A DNA stretch of 35,989 nucleotides, taken from positions 1-35,989 of the forward strand of contig JANMYZ010000511.1 of assembly GCA_031382605.1 (NCBI GenBank), read 5' to 3'. Below the pieces are notes generated by a model. The model searched no databases. It had not been told where the DNA came from and saw only the letters and a list, made by a program, of their open reading frames with translations. Position numbers and translations under genes: made by a program. Source of the DNA: Planctomycetota bacterium. GTDB taxonomy: Bacteria; Planctomycetota; UBA11346. Position 1 is the first letter of the stretch; each line of letters opens with the position of its first letter. Of this stretch, positions 1-8,319 are shown piece after piece.

Positions 1-60
1 CACGGAATGGTTGGCGTAAACATTACGCTGACTGCACTAACTGAGCTGATGTTCAGGTGA
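1..60 (+). CDS. 3' end of an upstream gene cut by the window edge (...NITLTALTELMFR*)
   Basis: Frame 1 is open from base 1 to TGA at 58-60, followed directly by TAA. A strong intrinsic terminator starts 7 nt later. Too short for a functional call. Confidence 0.3.
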   Translation, partial: HGMVGVNITLTALTELMFR

Positions 61-66
61 TAATCG

Positions 67-104
67 ACGCGCGCCGTTCTGAAGAAGAGCGGCGCGCGTT
101 TTTG
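67..104 (+). terminator. Rho-independent terminator
   Basis: 10-bp GC-rich stem acgcgcgccg (67-76) pairs with cggcgcgcgt (90-99) around a 13-nt loop, followed by a T-run at 99-103. Confidence 0.75.
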
Positions 105-147
105 AAGAGCGGCTCGCGAAAGACAGTTTTTCAAGGAAGACCTATTT

Positions 148-465
148 ATGCGGTCATTGATTATAGTTATCTTAATGCTTGTGGTATTCAGCGGTTGCTC
201 ATCACGGAATTTTGGCACTGAAAAGCTCATACACATTTACAAAGGTGATTTACAGGATCGCGTAAGTAAATTCTGTGATAAATATAATCGCCCACCAACT
301 AGCGATGAGATTGGATTTAAAGGCCTGCCGTTGCCAGCGTATTATTGGTATATTTCTGACTACACCGACGACAAGAAAAGCGGTTACAAAGTCATGATTA
401 TCGACAAGGAGACGGATGAGGTAATTATTCTGCGGGCAGGAAAGACAGACCTGGTAAGACCCTGA
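148..465 (+). CDS. Small AT-rich hypothetical lipoprotein
   Basis: ATG at 148 with aaggaag 8 nt upstream. The N-terminus MRSLIIVILMLVVFSGC has a hydrophobic signal and a lipobox-like FSGC. I recognise no family. Confidence 0.6.
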   Translation: MRSLIIVILMLVVFSGCSSRNFGTEKLIHIYKGDLQDRVSKFCDKYNRPPTSDEIGFKGLPLPAYYWYISDYTDDKKSGYKVMIIDKETDEVIILRAGKTDLVRP

Positions 466-479
466 AAGGGGCATTAGTG

Positions 480-527
480 CCTTTGCGCTGCTTTGCGGCA
501 AAAGGGTTCTCTATGCTTTTTTCTAGG
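480..527 (-). mobile_element. Truncated fragment (A-end only) of the family-A MITE-like element, inverted
   Basis: cctttgcgct-gctttgcggcaaaagggttctctatgcttttttctagg aligns to the reverse complement of the A-end of the copies at 32159 and 33198, with a 7-nt gap. The other half of the element is absent. Confidence 0.6.
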
Positions 528-653
528 CCCATCTCAGCCGACATTATGAGCCTGACGCAGTGTGAGGCCGTTGCCTAATCTTTCGCCGTCTTTTCTTGTG
601 ATGACCATCAGGCCTCTCATAACTCGCGCAAATTCACCCGAGCGCAAATCCAC

Positions 654-1886
654 ATGAGCGAAAATATTTTTATTTCATTGACGAATCCGCTCACCTCGGC
701 TGGTGCCCCCGTGCAGCTGGCCACTGGGGTGGCGATTTTGGTTGGGCAAAATCAAGCCGACGTTCGCGCTTCGGCCCGCCTTATCATTGAACAACTTTTG
801 CACGCTGGGCGTCAGGTGGTGGTGATTGATGATCATTTAGGCAGCGTCGGACTGCGCGTACGCAGCGATCGTCGGGCACACGGATTCGCCATCCCGATTT
901 TTGGCGGTGCCTATCAAGATCTTCCCATGCCCGACGACATGGAGGTTCTCGCAGACGTGCTGGAGCAGAAACGCGTATCTGCCGTGCTGTGTTTGCAGGG
1001 TGAACCAACTTCTTTTGGCCGTCGCGTTGGGCAGTTGCTGCATAAATTCCGGATCAATAAAACACCCCTGACAGTGGTGATTCTGCCGGGTTGGGTTCTT
1101 GGCGATGATTCGTGTCGCGCGCTTGGGGACGAGCACCTGTCAGGTTCGCAGCACGAGCAGCACCTGGTGGCAGTAAACCCGACCCAGGAATGGTTGCGGC
1201 GCCAAGCGTCGTCGATCGAAGCCATGGTGATGCATCGCATGGCAGCTTTGGATCCCTATCAGCAGGAGATCAAACATTGGTATTCATTGCAGGCGACCAG
1301 CGCCACGAACCGACTTCCGTCTTTGGCCTCCTTAGCAACTGGTCAAGCCATCGTCATTTCGGTGCCCTCTCTCGTTCCGATAATCACCCTGATCGCTCAG
1401 CCAGAAACGGCGTTAGAAGCCGCAGGCGAGGCTGTGTGTCGCGAGATAGTTGACCCCACCGACTTGCTGGAAGAACTGCAAAATCAACAGGCGCTCAAAG
1501 AGCATCGTGATCGTTACGCCGTCTTAGAACAGGCGCGTTCTGGTGCGCTGGTAAGCACGATTGCACGGGCAGTGGGTTGGCCACAAGCGAAGATCATCGC
1601 GACGTTGACCGAGCATCACCTCACCCCGTGTTTGCGCTCCACAGAAAAGCCAGTTCTGGATCCCTCAGAGTCGGAATTGATTCTTCGTACATTTACCGAG
1701 TACCAATCGGTCAAAGCGATCGTCGCAGCAACTGGCATCCCGCGCCCCGTGGTGGCTGCCATACTGGCGACCGTCCCGCGCGCACAAATTTCAGCATGGA
1801 AGCGTTTGGCGCTCAAGCGCTATCAAATCAATTACTGCGCCAACAAGAAACAACCCGCAGGAAAAAAATCCGCCGTTGCCCGGTGA
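654..1886 (+). CDS. Hypothetical protein; N-terminal half resembles a P-loop NTPase fold (HerA/DUF87-like layout) without a Walker A lysine; C-terminal helical HTH-like repeats
   Basis: 410-aa ORF with an ATG start. The strand-loop-helix VAILVGQNQADVRASARLIIEQLLHAGRQVVVIDDH sits where GxxGxGKS/T would be. Later segments STIARAVGWPQAKIIATL and SVKAIVAATGIPRPVVAAIL look HTH-like. The function is inferred only. Confidence 0.7.
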   Translation: MSENIFISLTNPLTSAGAPVQLATGVAILVGQNQADVRASARLIIEQLLHAGRQVVVIDDHLGSVGLRVRSDRRAHGFAIPIFGGAYQDLPMPDDMEVLADVLEQKRVSAVLCLQGEPTSFGRRVGQLLHKFRINKTPLTVVILPGWVLGDDSCRALGDEHLSGSQHEQHLVAVNPTQEWLRRQASSIEAMVMHRMAALDPYQQEIKHWYSLQATSATNRLPSLASLATGQAIVISVPSLVPIITLIAQPETALEAAGEAVCREIVDPTDLLEELQNQQALKEHRDRYAVLEQARSGALVSTIARAVGWPQAKIIATLTEHHLTPCLRSTEKPVLDPSESELILRTFTEYQSVKAIVAATGIPRPVVAAILATVPRAQISAWKRLALKRYQINYCANKKQPAGKKSAVAR

Positions 1887-1887
1887 T

Positions 1888-2110
1888 CCTAGAAAACGCA
1901 GTAAAGAACCATTTTACCGCTATACCCCGTTGGGGCACCCAGCCGCTAAGAGCGCAATACCCTGTTGGGGCACTTAGGACTTACAGCACAATCAAGCTTC
2001 ACCTGTTTACTGAAGCCATTGATCATCTCAATTTTGATTTAAACCTTTGCTTTTCTTAGCGTCTTTGCGCCTTCGCGGTGGAAGTATGAATTCCTACTAC
2101 GGTTTTTAGG
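1888..2110 (+). mobile_element. Family-A MITE-like palindromic element, long variant
   Basis: Starts cctagaaaacgcagtaaagaacc and ends gaattcctactacggtttttagg (imperfect terminal inverted repeats). It begins 1 nt after TGA at 1884-1886. It carries a duplicated ccc(c/t)gttggggcac module that the short copies lack. Confidence 0.85.
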
Positions 2111-2278
2111 CTTACGACGGTGACCGAGGTGTCAGTGAGTGTTGCTCGACGACTTCTGGCGTTCTGATTCCCGAGGCTCCATCGCGGTCTCTTGTCCGGT
2201 GGTGAGCTTGGCACGGCGAAGGAGCTATCGCAGATGACCTATTCCCGTAACCGTTCCGGTGATTAAGAACTCGCACTC

Positions 2279-3082
2279 ATGCCTGTCGCCATTGATTCCT
2301 TCCAATCCATGTCCATGCCCTTGGTGATCTCTGCTGTGGTGGCAGTGGTGCTGTTGGCAGTCCACGCTGGCATCGCGCTGGTTATCGTTCGCGGTATCGC
2401 GGGTGATGACGGCGATCCGCGAGGGATTGGAAAACGTTTCTTTCTGCGAGTGGCTTTGGTGTGCGGGGCGCTGAATTTGGCGCTGGTTCCGGTAACGGTA
2501 ATGATGCTTGCCCCTGCCGGATTGACCAACCGCACGATGATCGCGATGGAGCTGGGACTTGCGTGCCTGTTGGTCAGCACGCTGTGGATTTGGCGCGAAT
2601 TAGCCGCGCCCACACGCGGCAGCGGCACGCAGTTTCCGCACATCGTCGGTGGATTTTTGCTGTTTTGCCTCGCCTTGGTCACCATCAAGTTGGTGCATCA
2701 AGACGAAGTGTCCTATGCCTATCGAGTGGCCAATCCGCCCAAGGAAACGCTGAGCGCGGTGGCCGTGGCCTCTACGCCAGTGCCGGTGGCAACACCAACG
2801 ATCGCTATTCCAGCAGGAGCCGATGCCGATCCGGTCTTCGTCAAAGGCGAAAAAGTTTTCAAGACCATCTGCATGAGCTGTCACGCATTGGATAGGCGCC
2901 TGGTTGGCCCGCCGATTCAAGAAATTGCCGAAGTCTATAAAGGTAACCCGGATGGCATCGCTGCCTGGGCCAAAGCTCCTGGCAAAAAACGCCCAGATTA
3001 TCCGCCCATGATCGCGATTCCGTTTCCGGACGAAGATCTCAAAGCCGCTGGCGTTTACATGTTGAAGGTCGGCGCAAAGTAA
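2279..3082 (+). CDS. Membrane-anchored mono-heme c-type cytochrome (class I, c551/c552-like C-terminal domain)
   Basis: Several N-terminal hydrophobic helices. The C-terminal domain has a CMSCH heme-binding motif in the context GEKVFKTICMSCHALDRRLVGPPIQEIAEVYKG, with a downstream PPMIAI as a candidate Met ligand. Confidence 0.85.
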   Translation: MPVAIDSFQSMSMPLVISAVVAVVLLAVHAGIALVIVRGIAGDDGDPRGIGKRFFLRVALVCGALNLALVPVTVMMLAPAGLTNRTMIAMELGLACLLVSTLWIWRELAAPTRGSGTQFPHIVGGFLLFCLALVTIKLVHQDEVSYAYRVANPPKETLSAVAVASTPVPVATPTIAIPAGADADPVFVKGEKVFKTICMSCHALDRRLVGPPIQEIAEVYKGNPDGIAAWAKAPGKKRPDYPPMIAIPFPDEDLKAAGVYMLKVGAK

Positions 3083-3125
3083 AAAGAAGAGAGCTCAGGG
3101 GAGCTTAAGAGAACATAACAGCGCT

Positions 3126-3713
3126 TCAGATCGTGCGCTGATACTGCGGCGCGTATTTTCCCGGTGCGTAATTCGTCATTCGCTCAAGCATCAGCTTTTG
3201 CATAACGTCATCGCTGGGCGCGGCGTATTGCACGAAGGGCCAAATGGCAATGGAGCCACGGCTATCGAACTGTCCGATGATTTCTAGGTATCGCGGCGCC
3301 AGCAAGCGCACCAAATCATCACAGATAATACGGCAAACGTCTTCGTGAAAATCGCCATGCATGCGAAAGCTGCCGAGATATTCCTTGAACGATTTACTTT
3401 CCACCAACAGCGCTGACGGAATATAATTCAGATAGATGTCGGCCCAATCGGGCTGGCCGGTGACCGGACACAGGCTGGTGAAACGCAGGCAATTGTTGCT
3501 CACCCACAAACGATCACAGACGAATTCACGGGCCAGCGACAGCGGCACCGCTTCCAATAGTTTCGGCGCATAGGTGAACGGCGTGTCGCGGCGTTTACCG
3601 AGCGTCGCGGTGGGCAGTTGTTTCGCTGTGCGGCTATGGCCAGCGTGATGAGCAGCAAGACGAGCAGCAGATGATCGGGCGCGGGCCATAAGATACCTCG
3701 GGCGGCGGATCAT
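3126..3713 (-). CDS. queF: NADPH-dependent 7-cyano-7-deazaguanine (preQ0) reductase, unimodular type
   Basis: FTSLCPVTGQPDWADIYLNYIP, the QueF motif VESKSFKEYLGSFRMHGDFHED and PRYLEIIGQFDSRGSIAIWP are collinear with Bacillus-type QueF. The start could instead be the ATG 8 codons downstream. Confidence 0.93.
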   Translation of the reverse strand: MIRRPRYLMARARSSAARLAAHHAGHSRTAKQLPTATLGKRRDTPFTYAPKLLEAVPLSLAREFVCDRLWVSNNCLRFTSLCPVTGQPDWADIYLNYIPSALLVESKSFKEYLGSFRMHGDFHEDVCRIICDDLVRLLAPRYLEIIGQFDSRGSIAIWPFVQYAAPSDDVMQKLMLERMTNYAPGKYAPQYQRTI

Positions 3714-3785
3714 GTGAGTTTTTCCGCAATTCCCACCCCCAAGGGCTAGCCCATCAACGCCGTTGCCGAATTCGTGTCTCTGCGG

Positions 3786-4487
3786 TTATGGCTTTTCTTG
3801 CCCTGGCGCGACGTGAAACAACGCGTCATCAAGCACTTGGTCGTAGGTCGCTTCCTGCACGATAAAATCCAAGCGATTGCCTTGCGGATCGTCGCTGCGA
3901 ATCGCTATTAATGCGCGCTTCGCATCGAAAGTGAGCACCAACATGGACAGCTGTTCTTTGAGTTTCACCGCACTGGGCGTAAGGCGAATTTCAGCGCCCA
4001 TGTCTGCCGTGGCGATGGCAAGGATAGAAAAGTCAGCTTGCAGAGTTGCGCGGTCAAAACGGAAACAGGCCATCAGCCGACGTTCGAATTCATCATCTCC
4101 GCCGATGGGCACGGTTTTCACATCTGGCTTTTCTCCAGAAAAAAGTTGCGCGACTTCCCAGCGCGTCTTGCCATCGCTGATATAGCGTTGTTTCGATTCT
4201 TGATCATCCGCCTTGGTCACGATCACGTGGTAACGCTGGGGAAAGGCCAGGTAAAATTGCACCTGCTGTTCGCGCACGGGCGCGGTCGGATCGGCTGTTT
4301 GCCGAGTCAACCAGCGTAGTTTTCCCTGCACCGTGGTGTGTTGTTGCTGAGCAGCGACCACCTGCTCTAAGATCGCGGGGTCGTGTGTGGGCTCACCTGC
4401 TGGCTCACCTGCTGGCTCACCCGCGAAGCTCGGTAAAGAGAAAAACACCAGCGCGATCAACGCGAAACCTTGCACCAGGATTTGCAT
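3786..4487 (-). CDS. Secreted LolA-like (outer-membrane lipoprotein carrier/sorting fold) protein
   Basis: I chose the internal ATG at 4487 (MQILVQGFALIALVFFSLPSFAGEP signal peptide) over the TTG at 4520. Family-like blocks are ISDGKTRWEV, IRLTPS and LDFIVQEATYDQVLDDALFHVAP. Confidence 0.6.
   Translation of the reverse strand: MQILVQGFALIALVFFSLPSFAGEPAGEPAGEPTHDPAILEQVVAAQQQHTTVQGKLRWLTRQTADPTAPVREQQVQFYLAFPQRYHVIVTKADDQESKQRYISDGKTRWEVAQLFSGEKPDVKTVPIGGDDEFERRLMACFRFDRATLQADFSILAIATADMGAEIRLTPSAVKLKEQLSMLVLTFDAKRALIAIRSDDPQGNRLDFIVQEATYDQVLDDALFHVAPGQEKP
4390..4425. repeat. 3 x 12-nt in-frame tandem repeat (encodes GEPA x3 after the signal peptide of the LolA-like protein)
   Basis: ggctcacctgct ggctcacctgct ggctcacccgcg read directly. 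Confidence 0.9.
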
Positions 4488-4581
4488 GACAGATGGTCGC
4501 TTACCATCATCACGATGCAACGTGGTGAGCGCGTAGCGAAAATATGACGACCATTTTTAAATAAATTCAGGGGCAATAACC

Positions 4582-5142
4582 ATGGCAACCATTTTGGTGA
4601 TACTCGCACCCGGCGCGGAAGAGATCGAAACGATCACCATTCCCGATGTCCTGGTGCGCGCTGGGCAACAGGTCGTTATTGCTAGCACCACCGACGTTCC
4701 CGTGGTCATCGGCAGTCGCGGCATTCCGCTCGCGGCGCACACGTTGCTCTCGCTGGTGCAACAGCAGACCTTTGACGTTATTTACCTTCCGGGCGGCGGC
4801 GGTGCAGCAGCGACTCATCGAGATGATCCGCGAATTCAAGACTTGGCGGCCGCGCAATTAGCCGCAGGCCGCTTACTTGCCGTGATTTGCGCTGCGCCCA
4901 TCGCCCTGGTGCCGCGCGGACTGTGTCGCGGACGACGGCTGACCTCGTTCCCAGGGGTACGCGCGCAAGTCGAACCGCATTGCGCCGCTTGGCTCGACCA
5001 AGCGGTTGTTGTCGACGGCAATTTGATCACCTCGCAAAGTGCGGGAACCGCGATGGCTCTTGGGTTAGAACTGGCCCGTATGATCGCGGGCGTGGACGTT
5101 GCCAGTAAAGTAGCGCAAGACATGCTGGCCACGGCTGTCTGA
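4582..5142 (+). CDS. DJ-1/PfpI (YajL/ThiJ-like) family protein
   Basis: ILVILAPGAEEIE, VIYLPGG, the nucleophile elbow AVICAAP and LITSQSAGTAMALGLEL are collinear with YajL/DJ-1. Confidence 0.9.
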   Translation: MATILVILAPGAEEIETITIPDVLVRAGQQVVIASTTDVPVVIGSRGIPLAAHTLLSLVQQQTFDVIYLPGGGGAAATHRDDPRIQDLAAAQLAAGRLLAVICAAPIALVPRGLCRGRRLTSFPGVRAQVEPHCAAWLDQAVVVDGNLITSQSAGTAMALGLELARMIAGVDVASKVAQDMLATAV

Positions 5143-5177
5143 GCTGGTGAACACCTTTCATATAAGTGAAGCGACCT

Positions 5178-5948
5178 ATGCGACCAAATACCCTGCTCAT
5201 GTCCCTGGCCTTGGCGTTATGCGCTCCGGCGCTGTGTTCTTCAGCCTTGTACGCTGCTGATAACAACGAGGTGAAATCCGAGTTTGAAAAAGCTTTTACC
5301 AAAGGTGAGTCCAGCGATAAAAAAGATGCGCTGCGCATGGCCCAAGGCCTAGGCAAAGATCACGATGACCTTGCTTTTGAACTTTTGATCAGAGGCGTCA
5401 GCGACCGCCAAGTTCACGACGAAGCGGTCATCGCTCTGCGCGCGCGAACGGGGTTGCAGCCAACCTTGCTGAACCGTGGCAGTGGTTATCCAGGATATCC
5501 CGCCAGCGACGACGCCAGCGAATGGAATAATTGGCTTGGACAGCGCAAAAAAGAAAAAGACGCACTGAAGAAAATAGCTGAAAACTCTGCGAAGCTGAAA
5601 GAGTTCGAAGACGCAGAAAAGAAGAAGGCCGCTGAAGCAAAGGATGGCAAGCCGGGAGAAAAAAACGGCGAAAAGCCAGCTCCTGACGGCGAAAAACCAG
5701 CTGACGGCGAAAAGCCAGCTGACGGCGAAAAGCCAGTGGCAAAACCGCCCTATGAGCAACCATCAGACCTGGGCAAGCTCGATCGCCTGGTGTTCAAATC
5801 CGGCGGCAGCTTGGTGTGCTATGTTCTTTCCAAGCGCGTGAACGCCGACGGCCAATTGCAGTCCGTACGCGTTGTCCACCAGAACAATGGCGGAGAAGAA
5901 ATTTTAGCTGCTGATTTAATTGCGCGTATTGACGAAGACATTCGGTGA
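5178..5948 (+). CDS. Secreted hypothetical protein with a Lys/Glu-rich and GEKPAD-repeat linker
   Basis: The ATG at 5178 gives the signal peptide MRPNTLLMSLALALCAPALCSSALYA. The ORF track starts at the GTG at 5166. I recognise no family. Confidence 0.7.
   Translation: MRPNTLLMSLALALCAPALCSSALYAADNNEVKSEFEKAFTKGESSDKKDALRMAQGLGKDHDDLAFELLIRGVSDRQVHDEAVIALRARTGLQPTLLNRGSGYPGYPASDDASEWNNWLGQRKKEKDALKKIAENSAKLKEFEDAEKKKAAEAKDGKPGEKNGEKPAPDGEKPADGEKPADGEKPVAKPPYEQPSDLGKLDRLVFKSGGSLVCYVLSKRVNADGQLQSVRVVHQNNGGEEILAADLIARIDEDIR
5664..5738. repeat. Four in-frame 18-nt tandem units (3 contiguous, 1 offset by a CCT codon) encoding (D/N)GEKPA
   Basis: gacggcgaaaa(a/g)ccagct is repeated at 5685, 5703 and 5721, with a degenerate unit at 5664. 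Confidence 0.9.
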
Positions 5949-6045
5949 TCGAACCAACGAACGTTGGTCGGCATCCGGAGAGAAAGTCCCTGCCGTCGAT
6001 TCCTTCGGTTTTTTTTCGTCATTTATATCGAGGCCCTGTGCGACT

Positions 6046-6513
6046 ATGAAAGGTCTTTATCCCGGCTCATTCGATCCACCGCATGTTGGTCATCTCGATG
6101 TGATCCGGCGGGCAGCGGCACAGGTTGATCACTTGATCGTCGCCGTCGCGCTCAATCCCGATAAAAAGCCGCTGCTGAGCGCTGATCAGCGCGTCGCCTT
6201 ATTGACCACGTTGTGCGCTGAACTTGGAAATGTCACCGTGGTGACCTATCACGGCGCCACGGTGATTTTTGCCAAAGCCCAGGGCTGCACCGTGCTGTTG
6301 CGCGGCCTACGCAACGCGACTGATCTTGAGGCTGAATTTGCGATGGCGCAGATCAACCGCGCTTATGGCATCGACACGTTATTTTTGCTCGCCGACGCCG
6401 CGCAACAACATCTGAGTTCACGTTTAGTCAAACAGGTCGCAGCAGCAGGTCTATCGCTCAACGCTCTGGTGCCACCAGCCGTGGCAACCGTCCTTGCCCG
6501 TCAATTCGCCTGA
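6046..6513 (+). CDS. coaD: Phosphopantetheine adenylyltransferase
   Basis: MKGLYPGSFDPPHVGHLDVIRRA (the nucleotidyltransferase H-x-G-H motif), LLRGLRNATDLEAEFAMAQINR and HLSSRLVKQV. I used the internal ATG at 6046 rather than the ORF-track start at 5920. Confidence 0.93.
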   Translation: MKGLYPGSFDPPHVGHLDVIRRAAAQVDHLIVAVALNPDKKPLLSADQRVALLTTLCAELGNVTVVTYHGATVIFAKAQGCTVLLRGLRNATDLEAEFAMAQINRAYGIDTLFLLADAAQQHLSSRLVKQVAAAGLSLNALVPPAVATVLARQFA

Positions 6514-6533
6514 ACAGGCATAAGGATTCGATC

Positions 6534-7001
6534 ATGGCTGAATGTTTACGCGGAAGCCCTTGTCCGACGCCCAAGCTCGGACCGCTCCTGATTGACGAGG
6601 CCTATGTTGCCGCCATCGAAAAGCTGGTCGAATACGCGTCGCAAGCGAGCACCGATCTTCAGGCACAACATGGTATCGAAGTATCGTTTGACGATGAAGA
6701 CGCGGGCGTTCTCGCGCTCGACACCATCATTGCGCGCGTGCGTGCACGCAACTGGCCGGCTGAATCAAGTCCCTTTAAATGGCATGCGAATGCGATGGGC
6801 TCCGTGCTCGCCTGCATCATGTTGAAACGCGGTGACTCCATCACCGCTTTCCGCGCCAAAGACAACTTCACCAATTTTTCCGTCTACGTACCAACGACCA
6901 AAGTAGAATATTTTCCCTTCCACAAAGTGGTGAAATGTATGGGCAGTCCCGACGCGGGAATGGTCGCCGCCTATTACGCCGAATTTGTCGGCGATATGTA
7001 A
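6534..7001 (+). CDS. Hypothetical protein
   Basis: 155-aa ORF with an ATG start and aaggat upstream. Composition looks coding, but I recognise no motif. Confidence 0.6.
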   Translation: MAECLRGSPCPTPKLGPLLIDEAYVAAIEKLVEYASQASTDLQAQHGIEVSFDDEDAGVLALDTIIARVRARNWPAESSPFKWHANAMGSVLACIMLKRGDSITAFRAKDNFTNFSVYVPTTKVEYFPFHKVVKCMGSPDAGMVAAYYAEFVGDM

Positions 7002-7002
7002 A

Positions 7003-8256
7003 TTAATGCGCCGGGAAAGTACAGGCGCAGGTCGTGCCTTGTCCTGGGCTGCTGGTAATGCTGATGCGGCCACCCATGCGCCGCATGTTGGTAAAACAGG
7101 TCGACAGCCCAAGGCCGGTGCCGCGTTCGCCTTTGGTGGTGAAGAATGGATCGAAAGCGCGCGCTAAGGTTGCCGCATCCATACCGCTGCCGGTGTCTGC
7201 GACTTTGAGGACGACGATAGCGCTGCCGGCATCATCGACACCGTGACGTACGGTAACGGAAATGGTTCCGTAATCGGCAATCGCATCACGCGCATTCACT
7301 ACCAAATTCACTAACACCTGTTCCACCGAAACCACATCGGCCATCACCGTGATCGGCGCATCGGGAAGCTGCAGGTCGAGGAAAATGCGCTTGGGCACCG
7401 TGCTCCGTAATAACGGCTGAAGGGAGCGCGCCAGATGCACGACATCCACTTTCATTTCCGTCGCTTCGCGGCCTTTACCGAAACTGAGTAAGCGTTTGAC
7501 TAAAGCTCCAGCGCGAGTGGCCGCGTCTAGAACTAAACTCGTTCGTTGCGTAATTTCCGCTGGTTTGATGCCCTCACGTTGTACGAGCTCGGTCTGCCCG
7601 ATAATGGTGGTCAGTAGATTATTAAAATCATGTCCAACGGAGCAGGCCATGCGACCAAGAGCTTCCATTTTTTGTTGTTGGCGTTCGCCTTCTTCACGTG
7701 CTCGCAAGGTCCGTTCCGCTTTCATGCGTTCTTGCCGCTCGTAATAAAGCCCGCAAATAAGCGCCACTTGAGTCGCAAAAGCTTGTTCGCTGTCACTCCA
7801 CCGCCTGGCCTCGCCGACGTGCTCCAGACACAATACCCCGACGGTCTTACCGCCGCGCCAAATGGGGGCGTCAAGCAGAGCGCCGATGCCCAGTGGTTTC
7901 AGATAGATCGCGCTGAAACAATGGGTCGCAGAATGTTGGTGAGCGTCTTCGGCAGGAATCACCACTGCACGATCAAGCGCTTCGAAGTACGGTAGAAAAT
8001 CTTTACGACACAACGCCATTCCATGGGTGTGCGGCTGGCCCGTAACGAACAAGTCCTGACAGATGATGGAGTCTTCGCGATCGTCTCTGAGCCACACCGA
8101 CGCACGAGCGACGTTCAAGCCAGACGCGGCCAGTTCGGTCAAACGCTCCAGAATACTGACACCATTTGAGCCGTCTTCAGCCAACGATAAGCGAACTAAA
8201 TGAACCAATGCATCTTGAGCAGAAGGCGGCAGCACAGTATGGAGATCAGTAGGCAT
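7003..8256 (-). CDS. Cytoplasmic sensor histidine kinase with N-terminal GAF-like domain
   Basis: H-box SVGHDFNNLLTTIIG, N-box NLVVNARDA, G1 DTGSGMD, F-box FDPFFTTK and G2 GTGLGLS. There are no TM segments, and the N-terminal ~170 aa are GAF-like. Confidence 0.9.
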   Translation of the reverse strand: MPTDLHTVLPPSAQDALVHLVRLSLAEDGSNGVSILERLTELAASGLNVARASVWLRDDREDSIICQDLFVTGQPHTHGMALCRKDFLPYFEALDRAVVIPAEDAHQHSATHCFSAIYLKPLGIGALLDAPIWRGGKTVGVLCLEHVGEARRWSDSEQAFATQVALICGLYYERQERMKAERTLRAREEGERQQQKMEALGRMACSVGHDFNNLLTTIIGQTELVQREGIKPAEITQRTSLVLDAATRAGALVKRLLSFGKGREATEMKVDVVHLARSLQPLLRSTVPKRIFLDLQLPDAPITVMADVVSVEQVLVNLVVNARDAIADYGTISVTVRHGVDDAGSAIVVLKVADTGSGMDAATLARAFDPFFTTKGERGTGLGLSTCFTNMRRMGGRISITSSPGQGTTCACTFPAH

Positions 8257-8319
8257 TGAGTGAGAAGGTCGCTCAAAATTACCGATTTCGCAAGTATCTC
8301 GGCCGGCAACCTTGCTTCG

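Noticed and set aside
3714-3785. preQ1 riboswitch upstream of queF
   Set aside because: The minus-strand leader (gggctagcccttgggggtgggaattgcggaaaaactcac-ATG) has an A-rich tail. It lacks the short P1 hairpin and pseudoknot arrangement of the preQ1-I/II consensus as I know it. An Rfam scan would settle this.
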